From contig CADEDY010000016.1 in assembly GCA_902826215.1 (NCBI GenBank), positions 3,109-67,108 on the forward strand: DNA of 64,000 nucleotides. Direction: 5' to 3'. The position numbers and the translations under genes are program-made. Below the pieces are notes generated by a model. That model ran no database searches, was not told where the DNA came from, and worked only from the letters and a program-made list of their open reading frames with translations. The stretch comes from an uncultured Bacteroidota bacterium. Its GTDB lineage: Bacteria; Bacteroidota; Bacteroidia; Flavobacteriales_F; PHOS-HE28. Shown here piece by piece: positions 40,211 to 49,227 of the stretch (position 1 is its first letter; every line of letters begins with the position of its first letter).

Positions 40211-41323
40211 ATGCTTGTCCGTTCGACCCTCCTTGTTGCTGCCCTGTGCGCAGGCCTTCACCTATCCGCACAGAAACCGGATGCCGCCCTGATCAAAGTG
40301 CATGAGGGTGTAGCCCTGCACGACAAGGGCGACTTCAAGAAAGCGCTGAAGAAGTACGACGATGCGCTGGCCTTGGACACGGACAACGCGATGGCCATGG
40401 CCGAGAAGGCGATGACGTTGAATTCCATGGGCGAGTTCGAGAAAAGTGCGGCCCTGTGCCAAGAGGTGATCACCAAGCACAACGGTGCCCGGGAGATGCC
40501 CATGGTATACGTGACCTACGGCAACTGCATGGACCAGCTCGGTCGCCCGGAAGCTTCGTTGCGCGTCTATGACCAAGGCATTTCCGTACTTCCGGAAATG
40601 GCCATGCTGCACTTCAACAAGGGCGTCACGCTCTTCGGCATGGACAGCTTGGCCGCTGCCCAGGTGGCCTTGCAGGAAAGTGCGCGCCTCGACCCGTACC
40701 ACCCCGGCACACAAGGGCTCATGGCGCGCTTGCTGGAACGCCAGGTGAACACCGTCCCTGCCATACTGGCGCTCTGCCGTTTCCTGATCCTGGAGCCGGA
40801 AGGGGCGCGTGCCGAAGAATGCCTTGCCCAACTCCAGCGCCTCACAATGTCCAATGTGAAGTCCGACAAGAAGGGCAACACCACCATTTACCTCGACCCG
40901 AGCAAAATAGGGCAGTTGGAGGATACGGTCATCCACGAGAACGATTTCCGCATGGCGGAGACCTCGATGCAACTATTGGGCAGCTTGAACCTTGCAGCCT
41001 TGATCGGCGGGGCCTTGAAAGAACAGGGCATCGAGAGCGAAGCACCGAACCCCGCAACCAACTTGAAGATGCAACTGGATCTGCTGGCCGGTAACCTCAA
41101 GGACAACCGCTCGAAGAACTTCGGATTCTATTGGGACTACCACGCCGCCTGGATCATCGCTGTGCGCGATGCGGAGCACATGGAGGCGCTATCGTACATC
41201 GCCAATGCCAGCAGTGGGGACAAGGCGGTGAAGAATTGGCTCAGCGCGAACGGTGATAAGGTGGGCGCCTACTACGATTGGGAGAAGGAATACACCGCGC
41301 AGTTCTTGAAGGCGAAGCAGTAG
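40211..41323 (+). CDS. Secreted tetratricopeptide-repeat protein
   Basis: Signal peptide MLVRSTLLVAALCAGLHLSAQ. TPR-like helical repeats (ALHDKGDFKKALKKYDDALALD...). Confidence 0.65.
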   Translation: MLVRSTLLVAALCAGLHLSAQKPDAALIKVHEGVALHDKGDFKKALKKYDDALALDTDNAMAMAEKAMTLNSMGEFEKSAALCQEVITKHNGAREMPMVYVTYGNCMDQLGRPEASLRVYDQGISVLPEMAMLHFNKGVTLFGMDSLAAAQVALQESARLDPYHPGTQGLMARLLERQVNTVPAILALCRFLILEPEGARAEECLAQLQRLTMSNVKSDKKGNTTIYLDPSKIGQLEDTVIHENDFRMAETSMQLLGSLNLAALIGGALKEQGIESEAPNPATNLKMQLDLLAGNLKDNRSKNFGFYWDYHAAWIIAVRDAEHMEALSYIANASSGDKAVKNWLSANGDKVGAYYDWEKEYTAQFLKAKQ

Positions 41324-41368
41324 AACGTAGACGGTGCGGATCACTGGATCCAGAAGCTTGAGCACCTC

Positions 41369-42325
41369 CTACCCCAACCACGCCTCCAGCGCATTCTGGA
41401 TCCGACCGTTCATGTCGTCCGTGGGTGCGGGAGCAAGGCGTTGGCCGGTGATGCGTTCGTAGAGTTCGGTATAGCGATCGGTGACGCTTTGCACGAAGGC
41501 ATCATCCATGTCCGGTACCTGCTCCCCTTCCTTGCCCATGAAGTGGTGGGCGATGAGCCATTCGCGCACGAATTCCTTGCTCAACTGCCGCTGCGGCTCG
41601 TTGCGGTCCTGGCGTTCTTGATAGCCTTCGGCGTAGAAATAGCGTGAACTGTCGGGCGTGTGGACCTCGTCGATCAGCAGGATCTCGCCGTTCCACGTGC
41701 GACCGAACTCGTATTTGGTATCCACGAGGATGAGGCCCCGTTCCGCAGCCAGTCGTGTGCCCTCCGCGAAGAGTGCGCGGGCATAGCGGCACATGGTATC
41801 CCACTCGAACCGGGAACAGATTCCTTGCTCCAGGATCTCCGCTGGTGTGATGTCCTCGTCGTGGCCCTCCTCGGCCTTGGTGCTTGGCGTGATCAGCGGT
41901 ACAGGGAAACGATCGTTCTCCTTCAATCCATCGGGCATCTCGGCACCGCACAGCATTCGTTCACCGGCCTTGTACCGACGCCAAGCATGCCCTGCGAGGT
42001 AGCCGCGTACCACCATCTCCACACGCACGGTCTTCGCGGTATACCCGATCACCACGTTGGGGTCGGGCGCAGCGATGGACCAATTGGGGGCGACATGTGC
42101 CGTGGACTGCAACATGAACCAGCTGAGCTGACTGAGCACTTGGCCCTTGTGCGGAATGCCACGCGGCAACACCACATCGAACGCACTGATGCGGTCGGTG
42201 GCCACCAGGATCGTACGGCCATCAGTGAGGTGGTACACATCGCGCACCTTGCCGCGGTAGATCTTCTCCACGTGTGGCAAGTACAGGTCCGAATGCATCA
42301 ACGTGCCGGCCATTCCCATGCTCAT
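41369..42325 (-). CDS. purC: Phosphoribosylaminoimidazole-succinocarboxamide synthase
   Basis: SAICAR synthetase motifs YRGKVRDVY, TDRISAFD and LILVDTKYEFG. 318 aa. Confidence 0.9.
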   Translation of the reverse strand: MSMGMAGTLMHSDLYLPHVEKIYRGKVRDVYHLTDGRTILVATDRISAFDVVLPRGIPHKGQVLSQLSWFMLQSTAHVAPNWSIAAPDPNVVIGYTAKTVRVEMVVRGYLAGHAWRRYKAGERMLCGAEMPDGLKENDRFPVPLITPSTKAEEGHDEDITPAEILEQGICSRFEWDTMCRYARALFAEGTRLAAERGLILVDTKYEFGRTWNGEILLIDEVHTPDSSRYFYAEGYQERQDRNEPQRQLSKEFVREWLIAHHFMGKEGEQVPDMDDAFVQSVTDRYTELYERITGQRLAPAPTDDMNGRIQNALEAWLG

Positions 42326-43284
42326 TGCTTCGGTTTGTTCTTTTCCTCCAGCTCCCGGAATGCTTTCAGCACCTTGATCACGAGCTCGTGTCGGATCACA
42401 TCCTTCTCGTCCAGTTCGATCACGTTGACGCCTTCCACGTTGCGCAGCATGCTCACCGTCGGCAAGAGCCCCGATGGCATGCGATCCGGAAGATCCACCT
42501 GCGTCATGTCCCCGGTGATCACGAATTTAGCGTTGCGCCCCATCCGGGTCAGGAACATCTTCAGCTGCGGCAAAGTGGCGTTCTGGGCCTCGTCCAGGAT
42601 CACGAAAGCGTGATCGAGGGTTCGACCGCGCATGAAGGCCAGTGGTGCGATCTGGATCACCCCTTCGTCCAAGTGATCGGCCAGCTTGCTCGCCGGGATC
42701 ATCTCGCGCAGGGCGTCGTAGAGCGGCTGCAGGTACGGGTCGAGCTTCTCGCGCAGGTCGCCGGGCAGGAAACCGAGGTTCTCCCCCGCTTCCACCGCCG
42801 GACGGGTAAGGATGATGCGGCGCACCTTCCGTTCCTTCAGTGCCTTCACGGCAAGGGCCACCGCGGTGTAGGTCTTCCCTGTTCCCGCCGGGCCGATGGC
42901 GAAGACCATGTCGTTGGCTTCCACGGCCTCCACGAGCCTCTCCTGATTGCGGGTGCGGGCTTTCACGCGCAGGCCGGCGTTGCCGTATACGAGCACACCG
43001 GCTTCATCCGGATTTTCGCGCTCACCAGGTCCACTGGTGCCCATGATGTCGTCCAGCACCTTGCGGGGCAGTTCGTTGTACTTCGCAACATGGTCCACCA
43101 GTTGCTGGAACCGGCCCTCGAAGGCAAGGATGTCCGCCTCGGCACCGCTCACCTTGAGCGTATCGCCGCGAGCGATCAGGCTCAGCTTCGGAAAGTGGGT
43201 ACGGATCAGGCGAAGGTTGGCGTCGTTAGCCCCTAGAACCTCCACAGGGTCCACGCCAGATAGGGTGATGAGCTTCTCGATCAA
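42322..43284 (-). CDS. phoH: PhoH family ATPase
   Basis: Walker A GPAGTGKTY, Walker B FVILDEAQN, and a C-terminal PhoH region. 4-nt overlap with purC. Confidence 0.9.
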   Translation of the reverse strand: MIEKLITLSGVDPVEVLGANDANLRLIRTHFPKLSLIARGDTLKVSGAEADILAFEGRFQQLVDHVAKYNELPRKVLDDIMGTSGPGERENPDEAGVLVYGNAGLRVKARTRNQERLVEAVEANDMVFAIGPAGTGKTYTAVALAVKALKERKVRRIILTRPAVEAGENLGFLPGDLREKLDPYLQPLYDALREMIPASKLADHLDEGVIQIAPLAFMRGRTLDHAFVILDEAQNATLPQLKMFLTRMGRNAKFVITGDMTQVDLPDRMPSGLLPTVSMLRNVEGVNVIELDEKDVIRHELVIKVLKAFRELEEKNKPKQ

Positions 43285-43388
43285 AGTAACAATCGGTTGT
43301 TGATCAATTCAGCCGAAGTCCGCTAGAGGACCTCGATAGTTTTGAGCGCCGAAGGTAGTCCGCCATTGGCCTTCGTTCGTCTTCCGTC

Positions 43389-44201
43389 ATGTCCATCATC
43401 ACGCTCACCACCGATATGGGGCTGAAGGACCACTATGTGGCCACGGTGAAGGGTGCGATCTGGACCCAATACCCGGAGGCGCGGATCGTGGATGTGAGCC
43501 ATTCGATCAAGCCTTTCGACAATGGGCAGGCTGCTTTCGTGCTTCGGCAAGCCTACCCGGTGTTCCCGCGCGGCACCATCCACATCATCGGGGTGAATCC
43601 GGAGGCCGATGGGCAAACGCCGCACCTCGTTGTGCGTCACGATGGGCACTTCTTCATCGGCGCGGACAACGGCATCTTCAGCCTGCTTTTCGATGGCATG
43701 CCGCACGAGGCCTTCGAGATCACGATGAAGTTGGACGACGACCACGTGGCCTTCCCCACGCGGAGTGTCTTCGTGAAGGTGGCCTGCCACATCGCACGCG
43801 GCGGCACTATGGATGTGATCGGCCGCAAGGTGGTGCACATCAAGGAGCAGATCGGTTTCCAGCCCGCAGTGGACCCTGCAGCCATTCGCGGCAAGGTGCT
43901 CTACATCGACTCCTACGGCAACCTGGTCACCAACGTGCGCAAGCAGCTTTTCGACGATGTGGGCAAAGGGCGCACCTTCCGCATCGGCTTCGGTCTATCG
44001 GCCGACGACATCACCCGCATACACGCCACGTATGGCGATGTGCCACAAGGAGAACGGCTCGCCTTCTTCAACGCTACCGGACTGCTGGAGATCGCCGTGA
44101 ACAAAGGCGTGGAAGGATCCGGAGGTGGCGCAGCGCGCTTGTTCGGTGTGAAGTACAACGATGCCGTACGGGTCGAGTTCGGGGATTGGACGAGGAAGTA
44201 G
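43389..44201 (+). CDS. SAM hydroxide adenosyltransferase family protein (DUF62/COG1912)
   Basis: N-terminal TLTTDMGLKDHYVATVKG and the conserved YIDSYGNLVTN motif. 270 aa. Confidence 0.75.
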   Translation: MSIITLTTDMGLKDHYVATVKGAIWTQYPEARIVDVSHSIKPFDNGQAAFVLRQAYPVFPRGTIHIIGVNPEADGQTPHLVVRHDGHFFIGADNGIFSLLFDGMPHEAFEITMKLDDDHVAFPTRSVFVKVACHIARGGTMDVIGRKVVHIKEQIGFQPAVDPAAIRGKVLYIDSYGNLVTNVRKQLFDDVGKGRTFRIGFGLSADDITRIHATYGDVPQGERLAFFNATGLLEIAVNKGVEGSGGGAARLFGVKYNDAVRVEFGDWTRK

Positions 44202-44326
44202 TTGGGTGCCCGTTCGCACTGGATGGTCGCCCGAGTCCTTGATGCACGAATACGCCAAGGCATTCTGGACCACGGATCCTCGCTGGCAAAGGATGTCCAA
44301 CAACTGACACCGATCAACCAAGGCCC

Positions 44327-44623
44327 ATGCTCATCCGCATCGTCAAAATGACCTTCCGCCCAGAGGAGACCGGGTACTTCCAGGATCTGTTCGAGGCCTG
44401 GAAACCGAAGATCCGCGCCTTCCCTGGATGCAGGCACCTGGAGCTGCTGCACGATGTGGACGACCCGCGCATCTTCTTCACCTACAGCCATTGGGACGGT
44501 CCTGCTGATCTGGAAGCGTACCGTGTTTCGGAGGTCTTTGCTTCGGTATGGCCTGTGGTGAAGGCCTTGTTCGTTGCACCGGCCGAAGCCTGGAGCGTGG
44601 AGAGGGAGCATCATTTGCCTTGA
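44327..44623 (+). CDS. Antibiotic-biosynthesis-monooxygenase (ABM)-like small protein
   Basis: 98 aa with a ferredoxin-like ABM fold signature (IVKMTFRPEE...HLELLHD...FTYSHWDGPADLEAYRVSE). Confidence 0.6.
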   Translation: MLIRIVKMTFRPEETGYFQDLFEAWKPKIRAFPGCRHLELLHDVDDPRIFFTYSHWDGPADLEAYRVSEVFASVWPVVKALFVAPAEAWSVEREHHLP

Positions 44624-44714
44624 CCATTGGTATTCGGTTGTTGGACGTTCGTTGATGGACGGCGACCACGGTGCCTTGGGTTCAGGTTGACTACCCTCGC
44701 TACGTTCGAAAACC

Positions 44715-44890
44715 AAGGAGCTTTCTGCGACCCCGCTAGGGTCGGAACACGCGCAACTGGAACTACAACAATGCTCGCCGACCCCGCTGGGTCCCGGATA
44801 CGTGTAACATCAATGCTCGACCATGACCCCGTCGGGGTCACAGAAACTAGAACAATAGGTCGCGCACCATTGACCCCAGCGGGGTCGCAG
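44715..44890. repeat. Four tandem hairpin-bearing repeat units of about 47 nt. The hairpins are GACCCC-N3-5-GGGGTC at 44728-44744, 44780-44793, 44824-44840 and 44872-44886.
   Basis: Direct reading. The palindromes are cGACCCcgctaGGGTCg, GACCCcgctGGGTC, TGACCCCgtcGGGGTCA and GACCCCagcGGGGTC. The spacers also share motifs (aac..caatgctcg / caataggtcgcg). Confidence 0.7.
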
Positions 44891-44929
44891 AGGATCAGCC
44901 GGTCCGAGACGTAGCGCTAACCGCTTTCT

Positions 44930-45586
<657 letters not shown>

Positions 45587-45653
45587 GGGTTGCGAGGTCG
45601 GCAAGCAACTCAAGAGTTGGCGCTCCGTCTCCGGTGTATAAACGAGGTATTGG

Positions 45654-48617
45654 ATGATCACGTTGCAGAGAATCATTCTTAGTGCAGGGTTGGCCACATC
45701 GGCCGGGCTACTTACGGCTCAGGAAGGGGCGCTCGATCCCACGTTCAATACTAACGATGTGGGTTTCGGACAAGGCATGGGGGTGCTCGGCACGCCGATC
45801 CTCACCCTGCAACCTGACGGCATGATCCTGATCGGCGGGACCGCCCTGTACAATGGCAGAAGCGCTCCCGGTCTGGCTCGAGCGAATGCGAACGGCTCAT
45901 TCGATGCGGGCTTCAACATAGGAACGGGGGCCAACAGCAATGTATGGGATGTGGCCGTTCAAGCGGATGGGAAGATCCTGATCGGCGGATCATTCACCCT
46001 CTTCAATGGCGTATCGCGAAATGGCATTGCCCGCTTGAACACGGACGGATCACTGGACACCGGTTTCGACCCCGGTAGCGGCGTGGTCGGCACGGTCTAC
46101 AGCTTGAACATACAGGCCGATGGCAAGATCATCCTCACTGGGAATTTTCTGACCTATAATGGTATCGTGCGCAACAACCTGGCACGGGTAAATTCGAACG
46201 GTAGCCTTGATACGAGCTTTGACCCCGGTACAGGAGCCAACTTCGAGATCGCGGATGCTGTGCTACAACCGGACGGTAAATTGCTGATCGGGGGGAGCTT
46301 CACCACGTACGGTGGAGTTTCTCGAAACCGCGTCGCGCGCGTCTTGGCGAACGGGATGTTGGACTCAGGATTCAACCCTGGAACCGGTGCATCGGATCCG
46401 GTAAGTTGCATCGCCTTGCGTTCGGATGGACGTGTAATGATCGGCGGTTCTTTCATCAATTACAATTCCACTGCGTGCGGCCGTATCGCTCGATTGAACA
46501 GCAACGGCAGCCTCGACGCCACGTTCAACACTGGGACCGGGGCCAACGGAGCTATCGATGAAATTTCGATACAACCCGATGGCAAGATCGTTCTGGGCGG
46601 CAGTTATACCGATTTCAACGGCACCGCTCAACCCTATCTGGTACGCGTGAATACGAACGGCACGTTCGACACCGGATTCGCACCGGCCGGGGATGGTGGA
46701 ATTTCCAGTATCGCGCTGCGCGCCGACGGGTCCATGTTTATTGGCGGAGTGTTCACCACCATGGGCGGATATGGTTACAACGGGCTCGCCCACCTCAACA
46801 CCGATGGGAATACGGACCTTACGTTCAACCCGGGATCGGGTGTGAACAGCTACCCGACCGCTTTGGCCGTGCAACAGGATGGAAAGGTGCTGCTGGGAGG
46901 TGGTTTCAGCGGGTTCAATGGTCCGGCAAGAAAGTTCCTGGCCAGGCTGCTTCCGGACGGATCACTCGATGCTTCCTACGATGCCCGGTTCACATCCGGG
47001 ATCTGGACCAGTGCGATCACCGTACAACCTGATGGCAAAGCGCTCGTAGGGGGAGTGTTCTGGACGGTCAACGGTATCACCCGCAACGGTCTGGTCCGCC
47101 TCGGCACCGACGGGAGCGTTGACACCGGATTCGATCCGGGATCGGGGACCTCGGGATCCGTGGATGGCATCATCGTTCAGCCCGATGGAAAGATCCTGAT
47201 CTGCGGCCAGTTCACTACGTTCAATGGTGCGCCACGGAACAGGATCGCACGTCTGTTACCGAACGGTAACGTGGATAGCGGATTCGATCCCGGAAGCGGT
47301 GCGAACCAGGCCGTACGGAACATCCTTCTGCGACCGGATGGTAAGATCGTCGCGGTCGGGGCCTTCACCACATTCAATGGCTTACCCCGCAACGGGGTCG
47401 TGCAATTGAACCCAGACGGAAGCGTCGATCAGCTGGTGGACTTCGGTGCTGGAGCCGACGCCAGCCTCAATGAAGCCGCGCTACAGGCCGATGGCAAAGT
47501 CCTCATCTCAGGCTGGTTCACGACGGTCAATGGCACACCCCGCAACAAGATCGCCCGTTTGAACGTGGATGGCACATTGGACAGCAGCTTCGATCCCGGG
47601 ACGGGGCTGGACATGCCTCCGACCTCCATCGTTGTTCAACCGGACAGCAAGATCATGATCGGTGGGTTCTTCACCACTTACAACGGCACCACAAGGAATA
47701 GGATGGCCATGCTGATGCCCAATGGGGATCTGGACCCGAACTTCGACCCTGGGACGGGACCCAGTGGCGCGGTTCTCGCAATTACTCCGCTTCCCGATGG
47801 GAAACACGTGTTGGGTGGTCAGTTCATTTCATACAACGGGATCGGCCGGAACAACATCGCCCGCATCAACGGAACCCCTCGTGCAAGCATTAGGCTGATG
47901 CTCGAAGGACCCTACAGCGCCACATTGATGAATGACGCCTTGCGCACCCTCCCCACCTTCCCGCTCACCCAGCCCTTCACGGCAATGGGCTATGCGCACC
48001 CGACGTTCACCGCAGGCAGCACGATCCCAACTTCGATCTTGAGCACCACCGGTAATAACGCCATCGTGGATTGGGTGATCGTGGAAATGCGACCGGCCGC
48101 GACGCCGGGCACCGTTGCGGCTTCACGTGCAGTTCTCTTGCAGCGCGATGGCGATGTGGTGGACCTCGATGGCGTGAGCACCGTCGGTTTCCCCGGCCTG
48201 GCTGCTGGCAGTTATTGCGTGGCGATCCGATCACGGAACCACCTGCCTGTAATGCTTTCAACGGCAACACCTGTTACCTACGGTTCGGGCATTGCCTTTG
48301 TGGACTTCACGTTACCGACCACACAGGTTTACGATGGTGGAGCGAGGGTAGCTACCGACGGTGTAATGGTGTTGGCGGCGGGCGATGTGAACTTCAATGG
48401 AACGGTGCGTTATACCGGAGATGCAAGCGACCGTGACCTCGTGCTTCTACGCATTGGCGGTGTGGTACCCACCGCCACCCTAGCGGGCTACTGGCCAGAG
48501 GACGCGAACATGGATGGGGCTGTTAAATACACCGGTCCAGAGAATGACCGCGATGTCGTCTTGCGCAGTATTGGTGGTGTCGTCCCAACGAACACGCGCA
48601 GTGCCGCGCTCCCATGA
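45654..48617 (+). CDS. Secreted delta-60 / SBBP beta-propeller repeat protein (about 17 repeats) with a C-terminal duplicated dockerin-like Ca-binding motif
   Basis: Signal peptide. Repeats of about 50 aa with the pattern NGSLDxxFDPGTG...DGKILIGGxFTxxNG..RNxIARL. The C-terminus carries DVNFNGTVRYTGDASDRDLVLLRIGGVVPT and DANMDGAVKYTGPENDRDVVLRSIGGVVPT. Confidence 0.75.
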   Translation: MITLQRIILSAGLATSAGLLTAQEGALDPTFNTNDVGFGQGMGVLGTPILTLQPDGMILIGGTALYNGRSAPGLARANANGSFDAGFNIGTGANSNVWDVAVQADGKILIGGSFTLFNGVSRNGIARLNTDGSLDTGFDPGSGVVGTVYSLNIQADGKIILTGNFLTYNGIVRNNLARVNSNGSLDTSFDPGTGANFEIADAVLQPDGKLLIGGSFTTYGGVSRNRVARVLANGMLDSGFNPGTGASDPVSCIALRSDGRVMIGGSFINYNSTACGRIARLNSNGSLDATFNTGTGANGAIDEISIQPDGKIVLGGSYTDFNGTAQPYLVRVNTNGTFDTGFAPAGDGGISSIALRADGSMFIGGVFTTMGGYGYNGLAHLNTDGNTDLTFNPGSGVNSYPTALAVQQDGKVLLGGGFSGFNGPARKFLARLLPDGSLDASYDARFTSGIWTSAITVQPDGKALVGGVFWTVNGITRNGLVRLGTDGSVDTGFDPGSGTSGSVDGIIVQPDGKILICGQFTTFNGAPRNRIARLLPNGNVDSGFDPGSGANQAVRNILLRPDGKIVAVGAFTTFNGLPRNGVVQLNPDGSVDQLVDFGAGADASLNEAALQADGKVLISGWFTTVNGTPRNKIARLNVDGTLDSSFDPGTGLDMPPTSIVVQPDSKIMIGGFFTTYNGTTRNRMAMLMPNGDLDPNFDPGTGPSGAVLAITPLPDGKHVLGGQFISYNGIGRNNIARINGTPRASIRLMLEGPYSATLMNDALRTLPTFPLTQPFTAMGYAHPTFTAGSTIPTSILSTTGNNAIVDWVIVEMRPAATPGTVAASRAVLLQRDGDVVDLDGVSTVGFPGLAAGSYCVAIRSRNHLPVMLSTATPVTYGSGIAFVDFTLPTTQVYDGGARVATDGVMVLAAGDVNFNGTVRYTGDASDRDLVLLRIGGVVPTATLAGYWPEDANMDGAVKYTGPENDRDVVLRSIGGVVPTNTRSAALP

Positions 48618-48625
48618 TGTTCAAC

Positions 48626-48688
48626 CATAGTGCGGAGTTGGCGGACATGGCGGATCGACGGTTGGTGATGCGGGATGGGGTGATCTGA
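48626..48688 (+). pseudogene. Degenerate relic of a lolD-type gene 3' end ([20 protein letters not shown])
   Basis: About 80% nt identity (45 of 56) to 45531-45586, the 3' end of the intact lolD-like gene ([20 protein letters not shown]). It ends at the same in-frame TGA context GGGGTGATCTGAGG. Confidence 0.7.
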
Positions 48689-48714
48689 GGACCAAGCAAA
48701 CCGTGATACGCACG

Positions 48715-49161
48715 ATGCGAAAGATCTTGACCCCATTCCTCTGCCTCTTCATGGTCGCATGCGGGACCGGTCCAGCTCCGGGCACACCCACTTCGGCCGA
48801 GCGTGCACCGCAAGAGACCATCGTCCTTCAGGATCAAGGAACATGCGCGCTATGCGGTTCTTGGAGTGCGACCAAGGTCACCATCAACGGCCTTTCGGAC
48901 CCGGACATGGACCCCACTGGCAAAGTGGATTGGATCATTCGGCCGGATAGTACGCTGACCATGCGCGACGCCACGGAAGGGGAATTGGAAACAATGGATG
49001 GGAAATGGCGCGCTGGCGAGAAAGGAAGGCTCACGTTGATCGACCCGGAAGGCAACGAGTTCACTGAATTCCTGGTGACCCGATTGAACAACGGTGAGTT
49101 GGTCATGCAAGTGCTCGAAGAAGACCAAGCAGAGGTCCTTCTGTATTTCTCGCGGCAGTGA
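48715..49161 (+). CDS. Hypothetical lipoprotein (start at ATG 48715; a GTG at 48703 is also possible)
   Basis: MRKILTPFLCLFMVACG lipobox. 148 aa beta-rich (lipocalin-like guess). No recognised family. Confidence 0.55.
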   Translation: MRKILTPFLCLFMVACGTGPAPGTPTSAERAPQETIVLQDQGTCALCGSWSATKVTINGLSDPDMDPTGKVDWIIRPDSTLTMRDATEGELETMDGKWRAGEKGRLTLIDPEGNEFTEFLVTRLNNGELVMQVLEEDQAEVLLYFSRQ

Positions 49162-49227
49162 CGGTGAAGGCTTGATCCCGGCCCGTTTCTTGCTCAAGCG
49201 CGCGCGCTTCGAACCGATCTTCGCACC

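Noticed and set aside
41660-43236. Plus-strand ORFs 41660-42613 and 42274-43236 opposite purC and phoH
   Set aside because: Antisense to two genes with unambiguous motifs (SAICAR synthetase, PhoH Walker A/B).
44715-44890. Possible CRISPR array
   Set aside because: The repeats are 14-17 nt imperfect palindromes, not identical 23-50 nt units. There are only four, with related rather than unique spacers, and no cas genes are present in the window.
44627-44914. 95-aa ORF spanning the hairpin-repeat region
   Set aside because: Its periodic peptide repeats (DPARVG, DPAGSR, DPVGVT, TPAGSQ) simply mirror the about-47-nt DNA repeat. Each unit contains a GC hairpin. More likely non-coding.
49193-49206. 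Perfect 14-nt palindrome AAGCGCGCGCGCTT between the lipoprotein gene and the secreted-paralog cluster
   Set aside because: It has no loop and no following U-tract. It could be a weak terminator or a restriction-site-like palindrome, and there is too little context to call it.
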